Below are positions 25,320 to 61,420 of a stretch of 64,000 bases of DNA, one piece after another; the stretch's first letter is position 1; each line of letters begins with the position of its first letter. The notes below the pieces were generated by a model that did not search any database, was not told where the DNA came from, and saw nothing but the letters and a program-made list of their open reading frames with translations. This DNA is from Octopus sinensis. Taxonomy: Eukaryota. The stretch spans positions 65,596,001 through 65,660,000 of the forward strand of contig NC_043010.1 in assembly GCF_006345805.1 (NCBI RefSeq), written 5' to 3'. The position numbers and the translations under genes are program-made.

Positions 25320-25530
25320 TCACTTAAATATGAAATAGCCCGGCTATTTCGAAAGAAGGGTAAAGATAGTGCCAGTTATTGTTGGGTCCTTGGGGAGAGT
25401 ATGGGAAGGCATCAAGAGGAATATAAAGCAAATCAGAATAGAGTGCCCAGTAGAACAGTTACAAAAGGTTTGCCTCCTTGGCATGGCCAGAATAATCAGG
25501 AAAGTATTAAATTGTTGTAAAGAACAGATG
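25320..25530 (+). mobile_element. R4/Dong-like (RLE endonuclease) LINE C-terminal fragment
   Basis: LKYEIARL / IVPVIVGSLG..LQKVCLLGMARIIRKVL. Confidence 0.65.
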
Positions 25531-25769
25531 GCATGGTACATTAGGCGGCAGGACTCTAAGAGTTCCAACAAAAACGGGGTTGAAAGGATAATAACATAGT
25601 CCTTTCTACTGAAGGCACAAGGCTTGAAATTTGTGGGGAGTGGACTAGTTGATTACACCGACCCCCCAGTGTATCACTGGTACTTCTTTCATTGACCCTG
25701 AAAGGATGAAAGGCATTTGAACTCTGAATGTAAACACGGACGAAATGCCACAAAACAGTTTTCCTGGCC

Positions 25770-25895
25770 TGTTAATGATTCGAAATTTCCCCAAGACACC
25801 TGAAGAAGGCAGGAGGGTATATCAGCCGAAACGTTGTGTTATCAACAAACAAGATGAGAACAAATATCCGTCAAATGTAAATAATGTAAATAAAA
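25770..25895 (+). mobile_element. Penelope-like terminal repeat with a minimal hammerhead motif
   Basis: gacacCTGAAGAAggcag..cagccGAAACgttgtgtt; second copy on the - strand at 35930-36130. Confidence 0.65.
25795..25840 (+). ncRNA. Minimal type I hammerhead ribozyme-like motif
   Basis: Core CUGAnGA and GAAA; stem I gacac/gtgtt; stem II ggc(a)g/cagcc; palindromic ACGU stem III. Confidence 0.55.
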
Positions 25896-27829
25896 TCACA
25901 ATCTTTTTATCACAGAAATTGTTTCTGTTTTATTTTGGAGTTGAAATGTCTATGCCTTTGGTGTTATTATTTTTTTGTATTTTTATTTTATTTCTAGAAA
26001 TGTCAATATTGTCGAGTAGTTTTCCAAACAAAGTTTTAAAAATCAATAATCATCAATGAAGCATGATTGTATACAACACTGGACCCATTGATAGGCTTCC
26101 ATTCTTTGAATACTAAAGCACAAACCTGTTTCTTGATCACAGAACCATTAATAACAATTAACAAAAGACATTGTCTACAATTACCAAAGTGATCTTAATT
26201 ATAAACAAAAATCAAATTGAACCAAAGGAGTAACTTCTACATGGCTACAGACTGCAGAAATAGCACCTAAATTCCTCTCAACTCAAACCCTATTTGCTTA
26301 AAAAAGACAGAAAGAACATGTTGGCTGATGTAGTCCGAGATAAATTATGACTACGAAAAGATTCTTATTTTCTGCAAATCAAGGTCAGGTCAGGTACAAT
26401 AGGAGCATGCACCATTGCAGTGCATTGCTGCACCCACCATTTGTCAGTATTTGCTCTGGTCATCCTGAGCAGTGCCCCAGTCAGCCTTCATCTCTGTGAC
26501 ATACATCCACACCCATTGTAACCATGTGTAGAGGCACATGGCCTAGTGGTTAGAGCAGCGGACTCACGGTCAAGGGATCGCAGGTTCGAATCTCGGACCG
26601 GGCGATATGTGTGTTTATGAGTGAAACACCTAAGCGCCACACGCCTCCGGCAGAAGGTAATGGCGAACTTCTGCCGACTCTTTCACCACAACTTTCTCTC
26701 ACTCTTTCCTCCTGCATCTTGCAGCTCACCTGCGACGGATGGGCGTCCCATCCAGGTGGGGAACCTATACACCAAGGAAACTGGGAAACGCGCCCTTATG
26801 AGCCAGGCGTGGCTCAACAAGGAACAAACATTGTAGGCATGTGCCATGTGGCCGACCATCATCCTAGCCCAGTCCTCAAGGAAGAGAACACAACATCCAG
26901 GATCTAACATCCACATCAGAAAATCAAGCAACATAACGAAGCGGTGTGAGCCAATGCTCCTGAATCATATAAAGATTCATCCCAGTTTCTGAGTAGAGTC
27001 CTTGGTTGAATACGACAACTGACCAATGGGAATCCATAAACCTGCAAAGCATCATGGCACCAAAGTAGTTCTAGTTCACAGGTTTTAATGTCTCCTAAAA
27101 GGTGAATTACTGACTCAAAAAACTACATTTTACTCTGCAGATTAGGTTCCACCTCTTCTTGCTGCTTTTATCTCCAGCTGTAGAAATTCTGCCAGATCAG
27201 ATTGGAGCCTGCTGCAGCCATCTGGCTCACCCATCCTCTGTCAAACCGTCCAACCCATGCTAGCATGGAAAGTGGACGTTAAACGATGAGGATATAACCA
27301 CAGCTGTTGCTCACTAACATAATTGGCCTTGTAGCATGTATCATGTTTTTGCTCATTATTTTTGGTTCCCATGTAGTTGTAGGAGCAGACACCTTCTTAG
27401 CTCTTCACTTTATACAGCAAGACATCCAGGATGTGACTACTAGAAAGTGGGTTGTACCAGCACTCAACTGGTACTCATTTAGGCTGAGTATTCTGGAGCA
27501 ATGTCCTGTTGCCTGGTCCATATATCAAATACACAACTCTATGGTTGTGGTTTAGCTACACCTGAAACTTAAATAAAATTTACAATACTTTACAGATACT
27601 GTAAGGTACCCAGGATGACACTCTCATTAAGTTGGATTCACCAAAAATTTTATGATTACATTAAAGCATGATTATTAATTACCCAGATGTACAGAACATT
27701 AATAAGTTAAAACAGTGGTTCTCAGGTGAGGGTCACATAAGATTTTGTTGTTGAAATTTATGTGCAATAAATTGGTTATATTTCTATGATAAACAAAATA
27801 TTCTAACAATTTTTGTTAACTCATTATGA

Positions 27830-28380
27830 AAGTAGAAGAACTCCAAAGGTCAATAACAAGAAAGGTAGACGGCATGAGAGACCTTGATTACTGGGGTTGA
27901 CTAAAAAAACTTAATCTCTGCTCCCTGCAATGCTGCTGGGAGCGCTACATCATTTGTGTTATGTGGAAAATATTCCATCAATATTGAACAAATGATGTTG
28001 GCATGAATTTTAAAATCCATCCAAAACTTGGCCTCCATGCTATCCGCCCACTACAAAAATCGAACTCGGTATACATAGCAACATTACATCACAATTACTT
28101 TACCTCCACCTGTCCAGCCGTTTTTAATACCTCACCAAAATATGTCAAAACGGAAACAGATCCCATAAAATTCAAATGGTCACTGGACAAATTTCTTCAA
28201 ATCCTGGACCAACTTCCTACACCTAGATATGTCCCCAACAATAATAACTCTTTTCTAGAATGGGCTATGGTGCCCCTATATGACTAAAAAACTTCGCCAG
28301 GTGGTGCTACTGAGTTAGACATGACCTGGGCCTATACTGACCAAAACCTATCAAAGTTATTCCTAATCATAAAGAGTAAA
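27830..28380 (+). mobile_element. Degenerate LINE ORF2 C-terminus nested in a hAT-like MITE
   Basis: HPKLG...FNTSPK....FKWSLDKFLQ...; flanked by CAGTGGTTCTCA (27713) and TTGAGAACCACTG (28518) termini. Confidence 0.55.
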
Positions 28381-30035
28381 AGAGTAAAGAGAGAGTAAAT
28401 CATGTTTGATTATAAAAATATAATAGGGTTTTTTAAACATAGAATGGCTATTCGGGTCTGTCTGAGTAAAATAGGGATCAAAGGAATCAATGGGTAGAAA
28501 AATGGTTGAGAACCACTGAGTAAAAAGATGAACTCTCTTGGGGTAGCGAAGATGTGAGGCTCACTGGAGACCCTCATGCTGCAGATTGAAATGTATGGAG
28601 GTGTAGCAAAAGATTTTGTGGCAAGAAATTTTCATATCAGTCACATTTTCCCCCACAACTAGAAAAACATGTTTTGTGCCCCACTCATTGATAGCAGATA
28701 ATAGTGGGGAGTGTTTGATATGGTGAGCATAAAAATAATAGCATTTCAGTGTCATCTCAAAGAATTTCTGTGATATATGCTCAGAGACTTTTATTAAAAA
28801 TCCTATTCAAATTGGTGATGACATTGCTGACACTGGGCTTCTACATAGTTTCCATCTCCTAAATTCACTCACATGGCATTGTAAATAATTTCAATCCTAA
28901 GAAGTCCTGGAAATAAAGAAACACCATTTTATGAACTCCAGGTAAATAAAAGGCAAGTATTGACCAAGGTGAGATTTGAACTGAAAACATAAAAAGACAT
29001 ATTTGAGTACAGCACCATTTTCCGTCTGATGTTCTATCGAATCTACTTTCTTCAACCATTAATGTTATGTTGGTGTGAAGCTTACACATTTGAAGGGACA
29101 GTGGAATGGGAACCGCACTCAAGTATGACCACACAGGCAGCTGATGTATGAGGGAAAACCCAGAAGCCAAGAAAACTGACAATGGTTTGTGTTTTCAATA
29201 ATTAGTTCATGCAGAATTCAGAGAAGAATGCAATAAGTTCAATTTCTTTTTCTTTTCTAAGTGATTTAGTCAAAGGAGAAAAGGCAATGCATGACAGCTG
29301 CTCCTTTTTTGGGTCCTCCATGTCTGTTGGAAAGAAATATTCATTGGACTAAGAATGTCATCAGAATACATCCAACAGAGTAGGTTCTGGGAAAGTGTGA
29401 GACTAAGCAGATGGTTAAACAAACAGCCTCAAACCATAAGTGTTCCTTCTGACAGGACCCCTTCTACAAAGCCTCCATTCACCAAATGTTATTTACAAGA
29501 CCACAACTGCCATACAAAATTAAGCATTAAATGTTTTAGACCTTTTCCCTTCTTCCAAGCGTGATATAATTTGTGTCTTGCAAGATTTGTTATGGCCATC
29601 ATAATTAATGGTACAAGAATATGTCTTATGGTTGCAATGTAAAAGAGATTTAACTGACACCAGTATTTGAGTGGTGCTTGGCCTTATCAACATTTGAAGA
29701 GATGAAAGGAAAACTAAAGGCCACGAAGGCTCTAACAATTTTATCTGCCCTCTTGTTGTGTTTTTTTTTTCCTCTTTAGACGAGGCCTCATATTCTGGTG
29801 ATGAGTATATTGATAAGATTGATCAAGTGCTCAGCAGGAATTGTTTTGTAGACCTTGGAAGAATAAAAAATAAAGTTGATTTCTGTGGGATTTGAACTCA
29901 AAACAGAAAGGGACTGTGTTACTAAATACCACGTCTGATCAATGCCCTGTGATGGAATTTGGGAGGTGGAAACTATGTAGAAGTCCATTGTATATGTGTA
30001 TTTGTATTTGTGTTTGTAGTTTGTTTACATCCCCG

Positions 30036-30480
30036 TAATAATAATGAAATTATTGTATACAGTGCTCAGGTGCACCACAACTTGTCAAAAGTGCGTATAA
30101 AGCATATGCAGTAATGTACAAATGTCTGGGAAGTAAACAGTGTATGAGTCAGATACATGCTTGCGTGTGTATGGAGGGGAGAAAATCAGGTGTAGTGTTG
30201 GCGAATCTCAGGAAGCATGGAAGTTTTGAAGGATGCAGTGCTCCGACAACTAACAACTGATGCCGGCAGTTTGTTTCATACTTCAGCAACTCTTAGTGTG
30301 AAAAAATGTTTCCGAAAGTCGTCATGGGAGCTGTGCTTTTTTCTGACTTTGTAAACATGTCCACGGGTGTTAGACAGGTGGAGTTTGAAAAGGTTCTCAG
30401 AGTTATTGTTAGTAAGATGGTTAATAATTTTATGGGTGTCCGCCAAGTCAGCTGCCAGACGTCGGAATTTCAATATAATA
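30036..30480 (-). mobile_element. CR1-like LINE 3' end
   Basis: [17 protein letters not shown]...[11 protein letters not shown]. Confidence 0.85.
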
Positions 30481-30759
30481 TAGCGCTTCAGCAAGAGAGA
30501 CCGATAGATTAAATATTATACTTAAACTAAGTCTTGGAGTCGATTTGTTCAACTAACCCTTTCAATGTGGTGCTCCAGCATGGCCGCAGTCCAAACACCC
30601 TTTCTGCTAATTGACTCAAAAGTTTTATCAGCAAAACACAGTTGTCTCCCCTGTCCGTTTATTCCCGATCCAACTTCATATAAACAAACATTGCTTCGTT
30701 TGTTTCAATAGAAAATAATTCATTTGATTAAATCAACAACAACAACCACAAATATAGAG

Positions 30760-53521
<22,762 letters not shown>

Positions 53522-53524
53522 TTG

Positions 53525-53690
53525 TAGAGGTACACTTTAGCTTAACCTTCCAATTATCTCTATTCACTCCTTCATGGACCCTTTTACCCTGGAACCTTGC
53601 CATAACGTTTACCTTGGAGCCATCAAGCACTGAAAACCGTCCGTCATGTTCTTCCAATGAATAACATGTTATAATCTCCATGGGTATCAT
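53525..53690 (-). mobile_element. Degenerate RTE-like LINE fragment immediately after the CUTC stop
   Basis: Minus strand reads ..SVLDGSKVN..FQGKRVHEG..DNWK, resembling RTE ORF2 C-termini. Confidence 0.45.
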
Positions 53691-55419
53691 TATGCCCCAG
53701 CCTCACCAGATCTCTTCACAACTATCAGGTGCTGAGTTTGGCCCCATCATGTGATACCTTGGACAAATGTCTTTTCGGACCAAAGCCTTGTGAGTGAAAT
53801 TTGGTAGACAAAAACTGTACAGAAGCCTTACAGATGCATATCATCACCATCATCATTGTCGTCATCACCACCATTATCATCATCATCGTCATCATCATCA
53901 TCATTACCGTCATCGCTTTCATTGTCATCTTTAATGTCCATTTTCAAAACTTACATGAGTTAAATGGTTCAACAGAATCCGATGAGTCACAGACCTGTAC
54001 CATGCCCCAACGTCTGCTTCAGTATGGTTTCTGTGGTTGGGTGCCCTTCCTAATGCCCACCTCTTCAAAATGTTTACAGGATGCTTCTTTTTGCTCGTTT
54101 TTGGCCTGGCACCAACACTGTTTGCAAGGCTAAAGAGCCCTCTCAATTTAGAAGATAGGGAGGCAGATTTGTTCTAAATGTTGAGAGGGTAAAGTATGGA
54201 ATCAGGGACAGGTATAGGATTCCTTGCTGTTGAAGGTCTACTTGAATATGCTGGATGACATAAGGGTGGATGGGAGAATTTGGGGTGGAGTGGAAAAGAG
54301 AGATAAAGATGGTGGTGATGACGAAGTGGTCCACAGGATGTCAGTTTCTCATAGGGTTAATTACGCGGCATTGACACCTCCAGTGGTTGGTGGCACTCAT
54401 TTACAGCTGAGTGGACTGGTGCAGCATGAAATGAAAGAGGAGTACATACCACATGGTCTTGGAAACCAAGCCATGCACACATACATGCATGCAAATGCAC
54501 ACATGTATGTGTGTGCGTACACACACATACGTACACACACACACATGCATGCAAACACATACACATGCACACACACATATGCATACACATGTTCACATAC
54601 ATGCATGCAAAAACACATGTACACACACACATTCACACATGCACTTACACACACACACACACACACAGAGCTGCGTGGTTAAGAAGTTCATTTGGTAAAC
54701 ATATGATTCGGGGTTCAATCCAACTGCTTGGCCCTTCAAGCCAAACATCTTCTACTGTAGCTAGTCAAACACTGACACTCCGTCAGTTACAACAACAAGG
54801 GTTCCAGTTGATCCGATCAGTGGAACAGCCTGCTCATGAAATTAGCATGCAAGTGGCTGAGTACTCCACAGACACACATACCATTAACATAGTTCTCAGG
54901 AAGATTCAGCATAGCACAGAATATGGCAAGGCCGGTCTTTTTGAAATACAGGTACTAATCGTTTTTGCCAGCCGAGTGGATTGGAGCAATGTGAAGTAAA
55001 GTGCCCTGCTCAAGAACACAACACTCCCCTGAGAAAGCCCTTACTGCTAAACCATTCAAGTTCACTAAAAACTTTCTCACACATGCACACACTCATGCAT
55101 ACTTCAACGCCACTCCACCAGATCCTTCCTTCTTAGGCACCAGCTTCCTGTTACGTAGTCATGATGTTGAAATGCTTCTCTCTGTTGGGCTGCTCCCATC
55201 TTTCAAACCCTTAAAATTATGTCAATTGTTTCTTCTCGCACTCGTCTTCTTTTTAGTTCTTTCTTTTCTTTCATTCTTTGTTTGTTTGTTTGTTTGTTTC
55301 TTTCTTTCGTTTGTAATTCATTCTCAGCTTCTCGTCATCTTTTCATTTTTTAAATTTTAAATTTTTCCTTTTTTCATTTTTCTACATTTTCCATCATTTT
55401 TTTCTTCTTCATTGTATGT

Positions 55420-56295
55420 TCCAGCAGAAGATTTGATTTGGCTTTTCTCAAATGCGAAAAACTTCAACCAAGATCAAAAAGTTAACAGAAGAAATGACAG
55501 ATGGTTATGTGCAGGCCCTTCTGAAGCTCCAAGTGTTACGCATACAAAATTTCCTGCAACTGTCATGGTTTTAGGGGTTGTCAGCAATGAAGGAGATGTT
55601 ATGCTTCCTTACTTCTTCCCATAAGGCCTTAGAGTTAACAGATGGTTATGTGCAGACCCTTCTGAAGCTCCAAGTGTTATACATACAAAATTTCCTGCAA
55701 CTGACATGGTTTTAGGGGTTGTTAGCAATGAAGGAGATGTTATGCTTCCTTACTTCTTCCCACAAGGCCTTAGAGTTAATTCTCCCACCTACAATGAGAT
55801 CCTGGAAATAATTGTTAAGCCCTGGATAGACAGTGTATACAATGGAAGGCCATATGTGTTTCAGTAAGATTCTGCACTATCACACATGACTCTAGTAACA
55901 CAGGAATGGATGGCTGAAAATATTCATGATCACATAACGCCTAACATTTGGCCTCCTAATTCCCCAGATCTCAATCCATTGGACTATTACATGTGGAGCT
56001 TTGTTGAGACAGAAGTCAATGAACACGCCCATAACACCAAAGATTCTTTGAAAGCTACCATAGTCAGAGTATTGTCCAAAATGAACCAGGACCACTTGAT
56101 TCGAGCATGTAAATAATTTAGATCTCATATAGAAACAGTAGTTGAAGCTGAGGGTAGCTTTATTGAATAACATTATAGAAAAGAAGGTTTATTTTTATCC
56201 TCAAAGCATTTTTTGATAAATAAAGTTATTATCCGTTATTATATATCTGCTTGTTTATAAACATAAATCTGTCCTCAAATATCTTACGCACCCTG
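55420..56295 (+). mobile_element. Tc1/mariner DD37D (maT-type) transposase fossil, 5'-truncated, with an internal 141-nt tandem duplication
   Basis: FQ*DSALSH...WPPNSPDLNPLDYYMW with 37 residues between the 2nd and 3rd Asp; right TIR ...cttacgcaccctg|TA; duplicated segment starts at 55497 and 55638. Confidence 0.85.
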
Positions 56296-57989
56296 TATAT
56301 ACAACCTTGGAATGAACAGAATGGGAGATCATTGTGTCAAAATGACATGAGAAACTTTGTTGCAACTCAACCAGCATTAACAGGCTTAGGGGTGCAAGAC
56401 AAAGTGGGTGCAAATTTACCACTTGCACTGACCTGTAATAATCATACTTGCAAGATCTGTGGGCTCCTTTGCAAATTGTTGGTATGACTCAAATGTCACA
56501 TTCGACATAAACATTGTGACTGACAGAGTAGATTGTCAGATCCTCATATGTCAAAGCTGGCAGGCGAGTCCGTCATATACATATACATACAATGATGATT
56601 TTTAATTTCTCTAATATTGCTTTTTAGGATTTTGAGTGTAAAAACTGTGCTTGTTTTGCAAAAAACTACAATTTGACATCAGCTCTAACTCCTTATCACT
56701 ACAAACATGCCAAGCTGAAAGGAGAATCACTATCATAAACCTATCATATGTTCATGACAAGCAGGAAATACATAAAGTAGCATGGAAAATGAGGTTTGGA
56801 ACAGGAAGTGACATCCATGAAGTGGCATTTTATAAAGTGGCATTCATTGGTGGTCAAATTGATCTCAGCAGGATTTGAAATATGTGTACTTTAAGTTCAA
56901 ACCCAGTGCAGGCCACATTTGCCTTTTGTCCTTTTAAAAACTAGGGAGTCGATTCTCCTTTCTTCTCTCTGCCTGACTTTCTGTAACCCTCTCTCTCTCT
57001 CTCTCCTCCTTTCATCTCTCTCTCTCTCTTTCTAACTCACTCTCTCTCCCTTCTTCCTCAATCTTTCACACCCTCCATCCATTTATCTCTACCTTTCTCT
57101 GTCTACCTCTCTTTCTCTCTCTACATTTCTTTTTCTACTTCTCTCTCTAGCTCTCTTTACTTCTCCCTTCCTCCTCACTTTCTCTCCCTCCCTCTCCATC
57201 TGTATCCCTTCTTTCATGCTCTTTCTGTTTCTCTGTCTCTCTTTCTCTCTCCTTCCCTTCTTCCTTTCTCTCTCTCCTTCCCTTCTTCCTTTCTCTCTCT
57301 CCTTCCCTTCTCCTTTGCTCTCTCTCCTTCTCTCTCATTTATTATTAATGATGTAAGCGACCTAATCCCTTCCCCCAAATTTGAGGCCTTGAGCTTCCAG
57401 CAGAAAGGGTTATTACTAAAAATTATTGTGCCAAGCAGGCTTAGGCTCATATCCACCTTTCTAGCCTATCATACTCAATCTCCTATCTACAATATGACTG
57501 CTTTAGGTATAAAGCAGTGTTTTTTTTCATGCATAGACATGGCTGTGTGGTAAGAAGCTTGCTTCCCAACCACATGGTTCCAGGTTCAGTCCCACTGCAT
57601 GGTGGGCAAGTGTCTTCTACTCTAGCCTCGAGCCTACCAAAGCCTTGTGAGTGGATTTGGTAGACGGAAACTGAAAGAAGCCCCTTCATATATATATATA
57701 TGTATGTAATTGTGTCTGTGTTTGTCCCCACCACCATTGCTTGACAACTGGTGTTGGTGTGTTTACATCTGCATAACTTAGCGGTTTGGGAAAAGAAACC
57801 AATAGAATAAGTACTAAGCTTACAAAGAATAAGTCCTGGGGTCAATTTGTTCGACTAAAAGCAGTGCTCCAGCATGGCCGTGGTCAGAATGACTGAAACA
57901 CATAAAAGAGTTGAGAGTATATACTGGCAAATATGTCACATGCCTCACAAACCTAGACAAGTTTTGTCCTAACCAATTTGTAGACTTAA

Positions 57990-58435
57990 TTAACCCCTTA
58001 GCATTCAAACTGGCTGCATCCAGTCAAAATATTCCACCAGTTTTATGTTCAAACTGACCAGATCTGGCCTCTCACACCTATCCTACAATGTCCTTCTAAA
58101 AATAAGTAATCTCATCAAAATCTCAAAGCTACAAGATAATGCATGATTAATTCAGAACAAGGTGAGTAAATAAGCATTGCATTTGACAGAATAATCTGAA
58201 TGGTAAAGGGTTGATCCTTTAGCATTCAAACCGGTCAAATATGGCCAAAATATTCGACCAGTTTTATGTTCAAACTGGCCAGCTCTGGCCTCTCACACCT
58301 ACCCAACAATGTCCTAAAAATAAGTAATCTCATCATCAAAATCTCAAAGCTATGAGATAATACAGGATTAATTGAAAACAATTTGAATAAATAAGCATTA
58401 CATTTGACAGAATAAGATGAATTCTAAAGGATTAA
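57990..58435. mobile_element. Head-to-tail dimer of a second TTAA MITE family (ttaaccctttagcattcaaac)
   Basis: Two ~222-bp units sharing one central TTAA-like site; other copies at 15913-16300 and 46330-47033. Confidence 0.8.
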
Positions 58436-58789
58436 AATAGTCATTAAATGCTAGTTTTTTAGGTCAGCTCTAATTGAGCGGACTTGTGATCAAAGGCTTT
58501 CCAACCATGACTGTCTCTTAATCTCAATTTATTCTGTATCCAAGACTACATTATCTAATGTGTTCTACTGTTGTTTTTGTCTATTAAATGCTATGATTCG
58601 AGAAAGATTTAGCTGCTTTTTCTTGTAGGTCAAGCAATCATATGGAAGCTACCCCCCTTGGATCAGTACCAATAGGCTCACTGTCACTCATATTTGCTGG
58701 TTTTATTTCATTATTTACTCTGTTCGGCTAAAGCAATAGAAAACACGTTCAGGCTCCCATCACATCAACATCAGCAGTTGCCATCATCA

Positions 58790-58860
58790 TCATCATCATC
58801 ACCACCACCACCACCGTCACCATCATCACCGTTATCACCATCTGTCTCCTCTTCATCTTT

Positions 58861-58897
<37 letters not shown>

Positions 58898-59045
58898 CCA
58901 CCGTCACCATCATCACCGTTATCACCATCTGTCTCCTCTTCATCTTTATCATCATCATCATCATCATCATCATCACCACCGTCACCATCATCACTGTTAT
59001 CACCATCTGTCTCCTCTTCATCTTTATCATCATCATCATCATCTT
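58790..59045. repeat. (CAT/CAC)n-based ~80-90-bp tandem repeat x3
   Basis: ccaccgtcaccatcatcaccgttatcaccatctgtctcctcttcatcttt(atc)n repeated three times. Confidence 0.85.
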
Positions 59046-60755
59046 ATTGTCAGTCTAAATTCTTTTTTTTATGGTATCGGGCCATGCCTGCATTACCCCT
59101 TTTGTTCTGATCCTTTTGTCATTTCCTTTAAAAATGTGATCCCCTTGAGATCCACATTCACCATTTCTTCCTATAACTTCTCCAGTTTTGTTTGTTTTTT
59201 TTTTCCTTCTGCAGGTTCCTGTTTCCTGGGATTGTTCAGTTCTTCTTTACAGAATCATCCACTCCTATCCATGCTTTGTAAAAATAATAATAATAATAAA
59301 ATACAAGTAAACCATTATACTGACATGTTTTTATCTTGTATCTTTTACTTGTTTTAGACTATGGCCATGCTGGGGCACTGCCTCAAAGAATTTTGTATTG
59401 TCAAATGAAACAACCCCAGTACTTATTTTTTTAAAGCCGGGTGCTTATTCTATCAGTTTCTTTTGCTGAATCGCTAAGTGATTGGGACATAAACACACCC
59501 ACACTGGTTGCTAAGCATTGCTGGTGGGGGTAACAAACATAGACACAAACACACACACACACACACATATGATGAGCTTCTTTCAGTTTCCATCTACCAA
59601 ATCCACTCTCAAGGGTTTGGTCGAAGACACTTGTCTAAGGTGCCATGCAGTGGGACTGAACCCAGAACCATGTGGTTTGGAAGCTAAGTTCTTACCACAC
59701 AGCCACACCTGCGCCTATGTGAAATCCTTTGGAATAACTTGGTATTGTTATTCTTGTTGTTGTTTAACCCCAGGTCAGATTTCATCAAGTAATCTAGCCT
59801 ACTTGTTTAAGTCATCAGACTGCGGCCATGCTGGGGCACCAGCTTGAAGAATTTTAGTCAAATGAATCGACCCCAAGACCTTTTTATTTTTTAAACCTGG
59901 TACTTATTTTATTGATGTCTTTTGCTGAACTGCTAAGTTATGGAGACATAAACACACCAGCATCAGTTGCCAAATGTGTGCACACACACACAGATATATA
60001 TATATATATATATATACAATGGGCGTCCTTCAGTTCCCATCTACCAGATCTATTCATAAGGCTTTGGTCAGCCTGGGGCTTTAGTAGAAGACACTTGCCC
60101 AAGGTGCCACACTATCGGACTGAACCTGGAACCATGTGGTTGGGAAGCAAGCTTCTTACCACAGGATATTTTTCTTCCATACACATCGGATGGCTTTGGA
60201 GATCCAGTGGAGTAAAATAGGAATTAAAGGGGTCCAGGGGTCTGTAGGTAAAAAATGGTTGAGAACCACTGATGAAGGGTATGATTAAAAGGAGAGCTGG
60301 TTGCTATTTTCGGGAAGTTGTACAACCACATAGAAGCTTTGTCATTGGCTCAGAAAAACTTGATGTTAGTTGGAGACAATGCTGATGATGGGGGATGGGG
60401 GGGGGGAGAGTTTCAGGAAATATTATCTTTGACTTCACAACTAATGTTATTACTGGATCAACTTCAACAACCGGATGTTAATTGTTTTGGCTTCTATTGG
60501 ATATTTTCTTCTTAATCACTAACAAGTGTCCACTGAGAAATATCAAGCAAAACTTACTATAATGACTATTATTTAAAAAAAAAAAGAAAAAAAAAACACA
60601 GCTCATGTTTTTGTTGTTTATTTGTGTATTTAGATTTTAAAGATTTTATTTCAAATTGCTATTTATTTAGAAAATATGTTTTCATTTATTATCATCATCT
60701 CATCTTATCTATCTAATTGTTGGAATTTTGCTAAAAAAAGGAATATAGCTATTAA

Positions 60756-61018
60756 ATTCTCTTCAAACACTCCTTTACCATAAAAAAAAAAGAGAAGGAC
60801 ACTTTTTGGATAAAGCATATAGATATAGTATCTGATTATAAAACTAGATGGTGATGGCTATGGATGGAATCTGTTATATTTTATCTATTCTCTTCAAACA
60901 CTCCTTTACCATAAAAAAAAAGGGAAGGACACTTTTTGGATAAAGCATATAGATATAGTATCTGATTATAAAACTAAATGGTGATGGCTATGGATGGAAT
61001 CTGTAATATTTTATCTAT
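60756..61018. repeat. 131-bp direct tandem duplication of a dispersed repeat fragment
   Basis: attctcttcaaacactcctttacc... at 60756 and 60887. Confidence 0.85.
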
Positions 61019-61420
61019 TACTTGTTTCCATCTTTGGACTGCATCCATGCTGAGACACTGCACTGAAGAATTTTAGTCAAATAAATTAACTTCAGTACTT
61101 GTTTTTGAAGCCTGGTACTTTTTCTATCGGTGTCTTTTGCCAAACTGCTAAGTTACAGAGATGTAAACACACCAACACCAGTTCTCAAGTGGTGGTGGGG
61201 AACAAAATTGAACTTTCCCTTATTGGTTTCATATTGCATATATCCACCATTATTTTATAAATTATGTAACCAATACATAAGCTCTGTAAATAGCACTATG
61301 CAAATAACTGACAAATGTAATGTCAAATACAATAGCAAACAAACGCAATGCCATTATAAAAAGAACCAGTTAAATAGGTTACAGACTTTTACAAAAAGCT
61401 TCAATAGAAATAGAATTACA

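Noticed and set aside
26830-27090. Possible coding exon
   Set aside because: Stops in the plausible frames; faint resemblance to a decayed RLE-LINE, too weak to call.
29205-29330. Minus-strand exon-like stretch (ccaacag|ACATGGAGGAC...; MEDPKKEQLSC...)
   Set aside because: No partner exons or homology recognised, and it is short enough to be chance; neighbouring DNA looks like decayed LINE.
29760-29830. Strong + strand acceptor (ttttcctctttag) upstream of CUTC
   Set aside because: Downstream sequence is an antisense degenerate type A SINE tail; no donor or ORF.
58694-59110. 138-aa Ser/Pro-rich ORF
   Set aside because: Translation of a CAT/CAC tandem repeat; no splice or homology support.
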